This document shows positions 1 to 8,057 of a stretch of 28,534 bases of DNA, piece by piece; positions within the stretch are counted from its first letter, which is position 1; every line of letters starts with the position of its first letter. This stretch comes from Candidatus Fraserbacteria bacterium. Its GTDB lineage: Bacteria > Bipolaricaulota > Bipolaricaulia > RBG-16-55-9. The position numbers and the translations under genes are program-made. Below the pieces are notes generated by a model. It was not told the origin of the DNA, did not search any database, and worked only from the letters and a program-made list of their open reading frames with translations. The stretch is taken from contig JBBIPG010000028.1 of assembly GCA_037442925.1 (NCBI GenBank), positions 1 to 28,534 of the forward strand, given 5' to 3'.

Positions 1-65
1 ATCATGCGTAGACGCGAGCGATGAGAGAAGCACTTGAATAGATACACGTAGCGACTGTAGACCAT
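1..65 (-). CDS. 5' part of a probable ArsR/SmtB-family transcriptional regulator (runs off the window)
   Basis: Manual translation from the ATG at 65-63 gives MVYSRYVYLFKCFSHRSRLRM(I), resembling the ArsR N-terminal 'F(K)ALxxPxRLxI' helix. A GGGGAG SD lies just upstream. Not in the ORF track because it is truncated. Confidence 0.6.
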   Translation of the reverse strand, partial: MVYSRYVYLFKCFSHRSRLRM

Positions 66-99
66 CGTTCTCTCCCCCTACTTTCTCTGGATGAGCTAG

Positions 100-138
100 C
101 CCCTTGACAAGGGGGGGTTAAGGCATTATAATACTTAA
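100..138. promoter_or_regulatory. Candidate operator inverted repeats overlapping the -35 and -10
   Basis: CCCCTTG-A-CAAGGGG (100-114) is a perfect palindrome. TTAAGgcATTATAATacTTAA (118-138) is an imperfect palindrome. Confidence 0.45.
104..132 (+). promoter_or_regulatory. Consensus sigma70 promoter for the 370-1354 operon
   Basis: TTGACA at 104-109, 17-bp spacer containing G7 (111-117), TATAAT at 127-132. Confidence 0.85.
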
Positions 139-148
139 CACCTTACTA

Positions 149-175
149 GCGCAAGTGCGCAAGTATACAAGTATA
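149..175 (+). repeat. 8-bp-period tandem direct repeat
   Basis: gcgcaagt gcgcaagt atacaagt ata. Confidence 0.7.
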
Positions 176-369
176 GGGCTTGGAGATGGAGTGACCCCCT
201 ACGTCCGAGGATGAAGTAGCCTCCGCCGCCGCTCTCGCAGATCCAGCTAACCCTGTGACGTTCCACCTCAAGCAGCTGAGCCCACTGGTGAATCCCCACT
301 TGCCACGGACGCAAAGGAAGGCTAATGCACCCCACTATCTGCTTCTGCTACTGAAGGGGGGTGATTATC

Positions 370-708
370 ATGGCTAGACCTGAACTGGAGAGGAGCGGTC
401 TCCTCTTCATCGACCTTCAGAGCGGCAACATAGACTACCGGGAGCTATTCGAGAAGGCCCTGCAGCTGCTCAGACACGACGATGAACGCTATCTCCATAT
501 CGCCCGAAAGCTAGACGCAATTATTGAGTCTTTGGAATGCTACCGGCTTCCCCGTGGTATCGAAACTTGGATCAAGCTGCGAGAGATCGCCGACTACAGC
601 CGAGTGATGGCCGGACAGCCTCCCAAGTACGGCAAGAGCAGCCCGGTCGAGAAACGATCAGCCAGCCAAGGAATCAAGGAGACCAGAGAGAATGGCCGCA
701 GCAATTAA
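370..708 (+). CDS. Small helical hypothetical protein, paralog of 692-913
   Basis: ORF 361..708. The GGGGGGTGA SD favours the ATG at 370. Contains IDYRELFEKALQLL...IARKLDAIIESL, which aligns with the next ORF. Confidence 0.75.
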   Translation: MARPELERSGLLFIDLQSGNIDYRELFEKALQLLRHDDERYLHIARKLDAIIESLECYRLPRGIETWIKLREIADYSRVMAGQPPKYGKSSPVEKRSASQGIKETRENGRSN

Positions 709-913
709 GTGTCACGGCGCCATTGTCATCGGTGAGACCGGTCAAGGTCACTACGTGGATTACAAGACACTCTACGAACAGGCGCTTGCCCAGTTGAAGA
801 AGAGAGAAGAGCTGGCCATCAGACTTGAGCAACTGATCTCCGATCTCGATCTAAGACAGTTCCCTCAGCGCGAAGAGCTCTTTCGCATTCTCAAAGAACT
901 GCGAGGTGGATGA
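692..913 (+). CDS. Small helical hypothetical protein, paralog of 370-708
   Basis: 73-aa ORF overlapping the upstream stop. Contains VDYKTLYEQALAQL...LAIRLEQLISDL. ATGA coupling to the next ORF. Confidence 0.75.
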   Translation: MAAAIKCHGAIVIGETGQGHYVDYKTLYEQALAQLKKREELAIRLEQLISDLDLRQFPQREELFRILKELRGG

Positions 914-1092
914 TGGCCGTGAGGAAGACAGTGTATCAAACGTGTGCGTTCTGCGAGAAGGCGGTCAAGGAGAGCAAAGCGATCACAGTCATTCATGAAG
1001 GGCTGACTTATTACACCTGTAGTCCCCGCTGCCGTGAGCGGTTGCTTGTCATATTGAACCGCTACACGCCGGTTGAGGGGAAGTCAAAATGA
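910..1092 (+). CDS. TRASH/YHS-like small metal-binding protein
   Basis: CAFC-x~19-YYTCSPRC motif (CxxC...YxxCxxxC); GAGGTG SD; coupled to the upstream stop. Confidence 0.75.
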   Translation: MMAVRKTVYQTCAFCEKAVKESKAITVIHEGLTYYTCSPRCRERLLVILNRYTPVEGKSK

Positions 1093-1135
1093 ATTCCACC
1101 GCAAGGCAGCAAGGCGTGAGAGGAGGTGAGTATAG

Positions 1136-1354
1136 ATGACTGAGCAGGTCCAGTGCGTTGTGTGCAAGAAGACAATGCCCAAACAGTCGGTAGGCACCGT
1201 GTATCATCAGGGAAGGACCTTCTACACGTGCGGTCCGGCCTGTCGCCAGCAGTTTGTAAGCAACCCGGCGAAGTACGCTCAAACAGCCACAGGGGCCACA
1301 CCGACTCCGACGGCATCACCCACAAAGCCGCAGCAGCCGCAGAAGAAGAAATAA
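1136..1354 (+). CDS. TRASH/YHS-like small metal-binding protein with a Thr/Pro/Gln/Lys-rich tail
   Basis: CVVC...YHQGRTFYTCGPACRQQFVSNPAKY matches the YHS pattern (Y.G..Y.FC...C...F...P..Y). AGGAGGTGA SD. Confidence 0.85.
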   Translation: MTEQVQCVVCKKTMPKQSVGTVYHQGRTFYTCGPACRQQFVSNPAKYAQTATGATPTPTASPTKPQQPQKKK

Positions 1355-1453
1355 CCCCATCTCGCTCTCGCTGCGAGGGTCTTGGGAGGCCCTGGATACT
1401 TCTACCCTTCCTTTTCTTATGCTGAAACCTTCAGGGCCTCCCTGTTCCTTTCG

Positions 1454-1482
1454 TTGACTTGATGCCTCACGCCAGGTATGAT
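1454..1482 (+). promoter_or_regulatory. sigma70 promoter of ileS
   Basis: TTGACT at 1454-1459, 17-bp spacer, TATGAT at 1477-1482. Confidence 0.7.
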
Positions 1483-1514
1483 GCATGGGCTGTTCCAGCC
1501 GGAGTGAGACAAAC

Positions 1515-4500
1515 ATGAAGTACTCCAAGCTTGAGAATGATGTGACAAAGAGAGAATCGGAAGTCCTCGAATTCTGGAGATCCCACCGGATTTTTGAGAA
1601 GTCGCTCGAAAAAACCCGGAACGGGCCACGCTACGTCTTCTATGAAGGTCCGCCTACCGCCAATGGCAAAGCCCACTTTGGGCACTTGATGCCCCGCGTC
1701 TACAAGGATCTCTTTCCGCGCTATAAGACGATGCGCGGCCACTACGTCCTGCGAAAGGGCGGCTGGGATACCCACGGGCTGCCCGTGGAACTGGAAGTCG
1801 AAAGAGCCCTCGGGCTCAACAGCAAACAAGAGATCGAGAAATATGGCGTGGCACAGTTCGCCCAAAAGTGCAAAGAGAGCGTCTGGCAGTACAAGGCGGA
1901 GTGGGAGCGCTTGATCGAGCGCATGGGCTTCTGGATCGATCTCCACAATGCCTACATCACGTACACGAACGAGTACGTCGAGTCCGTCTGGTGGGCTCTT
2001 AAGCGCATCTGGGAAGAAGGCTTGCTCTATAAGGGTCACAAAGTGCTGCCTTATTGTCCTCGGTGTGGTACGCCGCTAAGCTCCCATGAAGTCGCTCAAG
2101 GCTACGATGAAGCCACCGATCCGGCCATCACGATCAAGTTCAAACTCAAGAATCGCCCGAATGAATACGTCTTAGCCTGGACGACGACTCCGTGGACCTT
2201 GCCGGGCAACGTCGCGCTCGCCGTGGGCGACGAGATCGAATATGCGAAAGTTCAACAGGGCGCTGAGATTTATTATCTGGCTGGGGAGCGTCTACAGCAT
2301 GTGCTGGAAGGGGAGTATGAAGTTCTGGGGACGCTCAAGGGAAGCGAGATGGACGGCTGGGAGTACGAGCCCCTCTTTCCCTTCTTGAAGGACGCTCTTG
2401 GTCCCGGGGCGCCGCGCGCTTGGTATGTGACGGCAACCTCCGGCATGGTCTCCACCGAAGAGGGATCAGGCGTAGTTCATACTGCTGTCATGTATGGTGA
2501 GGAAGACTATGAACTGGGCGAGCGTCTGGGATTACCCAAATACCACACGGTCGATCTAGATGGTCGCTTCAAGCCCGAAGTCCAACCTTGGGCCGGCATG
2601 TTTGTGAAAGACGCGGACCGTGAGATCATTCGCACTCTCAAGGACGAAGGCAAGCTGTATAGAGCTGAGAAATACACGCATACATATCCGTTCTGCTGGC
2701 GGTGTGATACTCCGCTGCTCTACTACGCCCTGGACTCCTGGTTCATCCAGACCACGGCGCGTCAGCGAGAGATCATGGCCAACAATAGCGAGATCCACTG
2801 GCATCCGGAGCACATGTGCGACGGCCGCTTTGGGAATTTTCTAGAAAACATGAAGGACTGGGCGCTTTCCCGAGATCGCTATTGGGGAACTCCACTGCCC
2901 ATCTGGATCTGTGAGAGGTGCGGTCATCGGGTGTGTGTGGGGAGCCGACGAGAACTCACGGAACTGGCGCAAGATCCCTCGTTGGCAGAAACTGTGGATT
3001 TCCACAAGCCGCACATCGATAAAGTCTGCCTCCGCTGCCCTCAGTGCCAAGCTCGCATGTGGCGAGTTCCTCAAGTCATCGACACTTGGTTTGATTCAGG
3101 CATGATGCACACGGCTCAGTGGCACTATCCCTTTGAGAATGAGAAGTTGTTCCATGAGCAGTTCCCCGCGGACTTCATCTGTGAGGGAATGGATCAGACC
3201 CGCGGCTGGTTCTACACGCTGCTTGTCACGAGCACCTTGCTCTACCCCGACCATGAATACCCGCATCCGTTTCGCCATGTGATCGTGACGGGCATGGGAC
3301 TGGATGCCCAGGGCAAGAAGATGAGCAAATCCCGTGGGAACGTGCTCGACCCGATGGATTTCGTCGACGATTTCGGAGCCGATGCGCTTCGCTGGTATCT
3401 CTATTCCGAGAGTGCGCCCTGGCGCGACCGGCCACTCTCGAAAGAGGAAGCGGGGAGAGTGCTTCACGGATTCATCAACACCATCATCAACGTCTACAAC
3501 TTCTTTGCGCTGTACGCATCCATCGATGGCTTTGATCCTCACAAACATCAGAAGGACTTGCAGGAGCGCCCGTTGCTGGATCGCTGGATGATCTCGCGTT
3601 TCGCGCATGTAGTCCAGACGGTGACCCAGTCTCTGGAAGACTATGATGTCGTTGCTGCCACGGCGGCCGTCGAGGCTCTCATCGATGACCTCAGCAACTG
3701 GTACGTTCGCGTCTCGCGACCGCGCTTCTGGGGTGAGGGCCTTTCTGATGACAAACGCTGCGGATACTCCACGCTCTACGAAGTGCTTCTCGGTCTCTCA
3801 AAACTGATCGCGCCCTTCATGCCTTTTCTGGGAGAAAGCCTCTATCGTGGGCTGGGCGCGCCGGAAGGAGAGAGCGTTCATCTGTGTGCTTACCCGGAGA
3901 CTAAGCCAGAACTCGTAGAGCGTCAATTAGAACAAGATATGGCTCTGACAAGAGAGGTCGTATCGCTCGGACGGGCTGCGCGCCAGAACTGCGGGATCAA
4001 AGTTCGCCAACCATTGAAAGCGATGACCATCCAGCACACAACAGCCCAAGAATTGCCTAGGGGACTGAGTGAGTTGGTCAAGGCCGAGCTGAACGTCAAG
4101 GAGGTAAAGTTCACAAGCGAGAATTTACGTGAGCGATATGTCGTCGTACGCGTCGCGCCACAGATGTCTGCCATAGGCCCCAAGTTTGGGAAACTGGCAC
4201 CTCGAATCAAGCAGACGGTCATGCAGGCGAACCCTGTCCAAGTGGCTCAGGATCTCGAACGAAAGGGATCCTTCTCGCTCACTCTGGACGGCGAGAAGGT
4301 GTTGCTTACGATGCAAGAGTTGCACGTGTCATACCAGGCCAAGCCGGGGGCAGCAGTGGCCTTTGATTCCGAATGTGTCGTAGTGCTGGATACGCGCATC
4401 ACGCCGGAACTGCGCGCAGAAGGGTACGTGCGCGAGCTGGTCCACAGCATTCAACAACTCCGCAAAGAGGCAGGCTACGAGGTCACGGATCGCATTGAAC

Positions 4501-4688
4501 TCTTCTTGGATGCGGATGCAGAGTTGGCGCAGGCGGTCGCTGCTCATCAGCAACACGTCCAAGAGGAGACATTGGCTGTTGTTCTGCATACGAAAGAACC
4601 CGATGCCGGTGCCGTCGATCATGTAGACAACCTCAATGTCAACGGCTTACAGGTTCGGGTCGGCCTAAAGAAAGTGAACGTAGGCTAA
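1515..4688 (+). CDS. ileS: Isoleucine--tRNA ligase, type 2 (archaeal/eukaryote-like IleRS2)
   Basis: FYEGPPTANG..HFGH (HIGH motif), GWDTHGLPVE, DWALSRDRYWGTPLPIW, DQTRGWFY and KMSKS. The long C-terminus has EGYVRELVHSIQQLRK and no C-terminal Zn finger. Start moved to the ATG at 1515 (GGAG SD at 1501). Confidence 0.97.
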   Translation: MKYSKLENDVTKRESEVLEFWRSHRIFEKSLEKTRNGPRYVFYEGPPTANGKAHFGHLMPRVYKDLFPRYKTMRGHYVLRKGGWDTHGLPVELEVERALGLNSKQEIEKYGVAQFAQKCKESVWQYKAEWERLIERMGFWIDLHNAYITYTNEYVESVWWALKRIWEEGLLYKGHKVLPYCPRCGTPLSSHEVAQGYDEATDPAITIKFKLKNRPNEYVLAWTTTPWTLPGNVALAVGDEIEYAKVQQGAEIYYLAGERLQHVLEGEYEVLGTLKGSEMDGWEYEPLFPFLKDALGPGAPRAWYVTATSGMVSTEEGSGVVHTAVMYGEEDYELGERLGLPKYHTVDLDGRFKPEVQPWAGMFVKDADREIIRTLKDEGKLYRAEKYTHTYPFCWRCDTPLLYYALDSWFIQTTARQREIMANNSEIHWHPEHMCDGRFGNFLENMKDWALSRDRYWGTPLPIWICERCGHRVCVGSRRELTELAQDPSLAETVDFHKPHIDKVCLRCPQCQARMWRVPQVIDTWFDSGMMHTAQWHYPFENEKLFHEQFPADFICEGMDQTRGWFYTLLVTSTLLYPDHEYPHPFRHVIVTGMGLDAQGKKMSKSRGNVLDPMDFVDDFGADALRWYLYSESAPWRDRPLSKEEAGRVLHGFINTIINVYNFFALYASIDGFDPHKHQKDLQERPLLDRWMISRFAHVVQTVTQSLEDYDVVAATAAVEALIDDLSNWYVRVSRPRFWGEGLSDDKRCGYSTLYEVLLGLSKLIAPFMPFLGESLYRGLGAPEGESVHLCAYPETKPELVERQLEQDMALTREVVSLGRAARQNCGIKVRQPLKAMTIQHTTAQELPRGLSELVKAELNVKEVKFTSENLRERYVVVRVAPQMSAIGPKFGKLAPRIKQTVMQANPVQVAQDLERKGSFSLTLDGEKVLLTMQELHVSYQAKPGAAVAFDSECVVVLDTRITPELRAEGYVRELVHSIQQLRKEAGYEVTDRIELFLDADAELAQAVAAHQQHVQEETLAVVLHTKEPDAGAVDHVDNLNVNGLQVRVGLKKVNVG

Positions 4689-4690
4689 TC

Positions 4691-5467
4691 ATGGCCTTGA
4701 ACGTCGTCCGTTTGGGGAATGAACTTCAGGGTGAGGGCTTTTTCACGCAATGGTTCTATCAAGAGAGTGTGGGCTCGACTCTGGATATCGCACGAGCGAT
4801 GGCAGAAAGGGGCGCTCCTGAGGGAACCGTTGTGATCGCCGGACGACAAACAGCCGGCAGAGGACGCCTCGGTCGCTTCTGGGAATCTCCTCCGGGAGGC
4901 GCCTGGTTTTCGCTCCTACTGAGATCTTCGAGAGATCTGGGTCAAGCTGGCTGCATTTCTGTGCTGTCGGCTGTGGCGCTCGCTCAGGCATTGAGGGAAC
5001 AGTATGGTCTTCCGGTGCGCGTCAAGTGGCCGAACGATCTCTTCTTATATGGCAAGAAACTTGGCGGGGTTCTGGTTGAGCTATCCTCCGTGGGTTCGCG
5101 CATCGACTGGTTGATCTTGGGAGTGGGCATCAATGTGAACAATCCACTCCCCAAGAAGACACGAGTCCCTGCTATCTCGCTGGCGGTTGCTTTGACGCGC
5201 TCCGTTGAACTGGAGGATTTTTACCGTGTGAGTTTGAAAGCGCTTGCTCGCTCATATTTGAGATTCGTGCGAGAGGGCTTCGAGCCCATTCGACAGTGCT
5301 GGAGGGAATTCTCTATGCTGGAGGATGGCGTCTGTGTGCAAAAGGGTGAAGAGCGTTTCATGGCCCACGTGAGGGGGCTCTCAGAGCTAGGGAAACTTGT
5401 AGTAGAACGGGAAGGTCGCATCGAAGAGCTCGTTGGAGAAGAAGTCACCGTAAGCCTCGAAGAGTAA
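4691..5467 (+). CDS. birA: Biotin--[acetyl-CoA-carboxylase] ligase (no N-terminal HTH)
   Basis: QTAGRGRLGRFWESPPGG, KWPND, KKLGGVLVE and GVGINVN motifs. Confidence 0.93.
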   Translation: MALNVVRLGNELQGEGFFTQWFYQESVGSTLDIARAMAERGAPEGTVVIAGRQTAGRGRLGRFWESPPGGAWFSLLLRSSRDLGQAGCISVLSAVALAQALREQYGLPVRVKWPNDLFLYGKKLGGVLVELSSVGSRIDWLILGVGINVNNPLPKKTRVPAISLAVALTRSVELEDFYRVSLKALARSYLRFVREGFEPIRQCWREFSMLEDGVCVQKGEERFMAHVRGLSELGKLVVEREGRIEELVGEEVTVSLEE

Positions 5468-5478
5468 GGGAGAAGAGT

Positions 5479-6786
5479 ATGCCTGGGATCGCCGTGCTCG
5501 GTGCTCAATGGGGAGATGAAGGCAAGGGCAAGATCGCCCATCTCATCTGCCGGGATGCAGAGATGTCCGTGCGCTTTAACGGAGGAACCAACGCGGGTCA
5601 TACGGTCGTCTTCAGCAAGGTCAAAGCTAGTGAGCAGGGAGAGTTCAAGTTCCATCTCATCCCTTCGGGGGCTCTCTACCCCCAGTGTACAGGAGTCCTG
5701 GGAAATGGGATGGTGATTGAGCCCTTCTCGTTGGCAGAAGAGCTGATCCAACTGGAGCGGACGCTCGAAGGCCCTCCGCGAGTCTATGTGAGTCAGAATG
5801 CCCATCTGATACTGCCCTACCACCCCATAGTAGAAAAGATTGAAGGAGCAGCGAGCGAGCTGGATACAACAGCCAAGGGCATTGGACCGGCATATCAAGA
5901 CAAAGTGGCGCGCCGTGGGATACGGGCGGGAGACTTGCTGGAGCCAAAGAGATTTCAAGAGAAGCTACGCCGCAACCTGGAGCGACTCCAAGCACTCCAT
6001 CCCAGCTCAAGACCTCTGATGGAACTTAAGGCCGAGCCGCTTGCGGAGAAGATCCTAAGCGCTGCCCAGGGTTTTAAGAAACGCATTGTAGACACGACAG
6101 TGCTCCTACACGAGGCTCTGGCCACGGATCAACGAGTCGTATTTGAGGGGGCTCAAGGGTGTCTACTTGACATCGATTTCGGGACGTACCCTTACGTGAC
6201 ATCCTCCCATGGCACGATTGGCGGCATCGGCGTGGGAGCCGGAGTATCCCCTCGCTGGATCACACGGGTGATCGGGGTCGCCAAGGCCTTCACCAGTCGG
6301 GTTGGAGCAGGACCATTCCCCACCGAAGAGAGAGGCCCTATGGGAGAGCGGCTGCGGGGCAGCGGGGCCAACCCCTGGGATGAGTTCGGCACCACAACCG
6401 GCAGACCTCGCCGCTGCGGATGGCTGGATCTGGTGGCACTAACGTATGCCAACCGGATCAATAGCTTCACGGAGTTGGCTCTCGTGAAGCTCGATGTGCT
6501 CTCGGGACTGAATGAGATTAAAGTTGCGACGGCCTATCGCTATCAGGGCCAACGACTAGAAGACTTCCCCCCAGACGCAGAGATCTTGCGTGAGTGCGAG
6601 CCTCTCTATGAAGTTCTTCCCGGTTGGTCTCAGGATTTGCGACGCTGCTGCTCCTGGGAGGATCTGCCGCGGAATGCTCAGCGGTATGTGAGATTTCTCG
6701 AAGAGCATCTTGAGGTTCCCGTTTCCATCCTCTCGGTAGGGCGCGCGTTCGAAGACACCATCTGGCTTGATCAGAAGAGCCACTAA
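5479..6786 (+). CDS. purA: Adenylosuccinate synthetase
   Basis: GAQWGDEGKGK, GGTNAGHT, GIGPAYQDK, EGAQGCLLDIDFGTYPYVTSS and EFGTTTGRPRRCGWLD motifs. Confidence 0.98.
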   Translation: MPGIAVLGAQWGDEGKGKIAHLICRDAEMSVRFNGGTNAGHTVVFSKVKASEQGEFKFHLIPSGALYPQCTGVLGNGMVIEPFSLAEELIQLERTLEGPPRVYVSQNAHLILPYHPIVEKIEGAASELDTTAKGIGPAYQDKVARRGIRAGDLLEPKRFQEKLRRNLERLQALHPSSRPLMELKAEPLAEKILSAAQGFKKRIVDTTVLLHEALATDQRVVFEGAQGCLLDIDFGTYPYVTSSHGTIGGIGVGAGVSPRWITRVIGVAKAFTSRVGAGPFPTEERGPMGERLRGSGANPWDEFGTTTGRPRRCGWLDLVALTYANRINSFTELALVKLDVLSGLNEIKVATAYRYQGQRLEDFPPDAEILRECEPLYEVLPGWSQDLRRCCSWEDLPRNAQRYVRFLEEHLEVPVSILSVGRAFEDTIWLDQKSH

Positions 6787-6789
6787 CGC

Positions 6790-7347
6790 ATGGGAAGCGT
6801 CTGGGAGAAGGTACGCAAACTGTTCGGGCTTCTACAGCAACGAGTTGCGACGAGGCGTGGTCTTCGCGGGTTCCAGACCTACCGGCAGGAGCTGTCTTAC
6901 ACCGCACATCGGATCGCGCTGGCACAGCAGGAGCTGGACGAAGTGCAGAAGCATCTCGATCAACAGACGGAAAGGCTCCATCGCCTGGCTCAACGCTACG
7001 AGGAGCAAGCCCGCAAGCACCTCAAGCTTAAGCACCGTGATTTGGCCGAAGCGGCGATCCGCCAGAGGCTGAAGGATCAGCAGAAGCTGGAACAATGGGG
7101 CCGGAGAGTGAAAGAGTCAAGGGAGCGCTTGGGAATCGTGCGAGTGCGTCAGAGGAAGTTGGAAGAGAGCGATCAAGCCGGGAATCCCCTACTCGATGAA
7201 CTGATGGAGTTGCAAGGGACTCTGGAGCACACAAGGGAGGAGATTCGCGCACTTAAGGTGCAACTGGGGAACCTCCGTGAATGGGAGGAAGGTGCAGGGC
7301 CCGCTGAGCAGCTGTCACGTTGCGGCAACTGTAAGAATTCGCTATAG
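6790..7347 (+). CDS. PspA/IM30-like coiled-coil protein
   Basis: Amphipathic N-terminus [12 protein letters not shown], long heptad helices, and [23 protein letters not shown] resembling the PspA 'A..AL..G.EDLAR.AL..K' hairpin tip. Starts 3 nt after purA. Confidence 0.55.
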   Translation: MGSVWEKVRKLFGLLQQRVATRRGLRGFQTYRQELSYTAHRIALAQQELDEVQKHLDQQTERLHRLAQRYEEQARKHLKLKHRDLAEAAIRQRLKDQQKLEQWGRRVKESRERLGIVRVRQRKLEESDQAGNPLLDELMELQGTLEHTREEIRALKVQLGNLREWEEGAGPAEQLSRCGNCKNSL

Positions 7348-7348
7348 T
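7320..7348 (+). promoter_or_regulatory. Putative sigma70 promoter of rplM
   Basis: TTGCGG at 7320-7325, 17-bp spacer, TATAGT at 7343-7348. Confidence 0.5.
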
Positions 7349-7373
7349 TAGGGCATTCCATGGGGAGGAGACT

Positions 7374-7817
7374 ATGCAGAAGACGGTTTTAGCCAAGCGA
7401 GAAGAGATGGGAAAAGAATGGAACCGAAACTGGTATCTGATCGATGCGCAGGGAAAGACGCTCGGTCGGCTGGCGGCTCGCATTGCTCATGTGCTCAGGG
7501 GCAAGCATAAGCCGCTTTTTACACCCCATGTCGATGTGGGAGATTACGTCGTCGTCATCAATGCCGACAAGATCCGCGTGACGGGCAAGAAGCGCGCCGA
7601 AAAGATGTATTACAACTATTCGGGCTATCCGGGGGGCCTTAGAGAGCGGACGTTTGAGAAGCTCATGGAGAAGCATCCCGCCCAGCCGCTCTATCAAGCC
7701 GTACAGCGAATGCTGCCCCGGACAACTCTGGGCCGTCGGATGCTCAAGAAGTTCAAGGTCTACGCGGGTCCGGAGCACCCTCACGCCGTCCAGAACCCCC
7801 AACCTCTCGAGCTGTAG
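7374..7817 (+). CDS. rplM: 50S ribosomal protein L13
   Basis: [52 protein letters not shown] and YAGPEHPH motifs; GGAGGAG SD. Confidence 0.98.
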   Translation: MQKTVLAKREEMGKEWNRNWYLIDAQGKTLGRLAARIAHVLRGKHKPLFTPHVDVGDYVVVINADKIRVTGKKRAEKMYYNYSGYPGGLRERTFEKLMEKHPAQPLYQAVQRMLPRTTLGRRMLKKFKVYAGPEHPHAVQNPQPLEL

Positions 7818-8057
7818 CTCACCCCTTTTATCGTCCTTCCTCCGGAAGCTTCGGGATCTCGGCTCAGGGCCACTTGCCTTTCTGAGGCTTCCTCTTGTAT
7901 TCTTGGTCGTAGAGACAATGCTCGGTGTCTCATTGGGAAAACTGCGGAAGTGGTCTACATCACAGTACAGTCGGCAGTGTGGTGCTATAGTAGATTAACT
8001 CCATTGGGAGACCGGATGAGTACACTCGCCCGAGATGCAATGCAAAGGAGGCCTGTG

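Noticed and set aside
199..222. GTCCGAGGATGAAGTAGCC resembling SRP RNA helix 8
   Set aside because: Lacks the GNRA tetraloop and the CAGG/AGCA symmetric loop.
286..330. GGACGCAAAG resembling the c-di-GMP-I riboswitch core
   Set aside because: No upstream GCAAA/GNRA-capped stem or downstream receptor helix is visible.
1355..1514. Possible T-box leader or terminator before ileS
   Set aside because: No T-box consensus is present, and the promoter at 1454-1482 leaves only a ~25-nt leader. The hairpin near 1364-1380 has no adjacent U-tract.
1467..7802. Long antisense or alternate-frame ORFs over ileS, birA, purA and rplM (likewise over secA and the PKD genes)
   Set aside because: They are shadows of well-supported genes in GC-rich DNA with no recognisable motifs.
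7836..7856. Palindromic stretch after rplM as an intrinsic terminator
   Set aside because: The stem is imperfect and has no following U-tract.
7950..8057. N-terminal extension of the 750-aa ORF
   Set aside because: The best SD and the signal peptide point to 8058 (8016 is possible).
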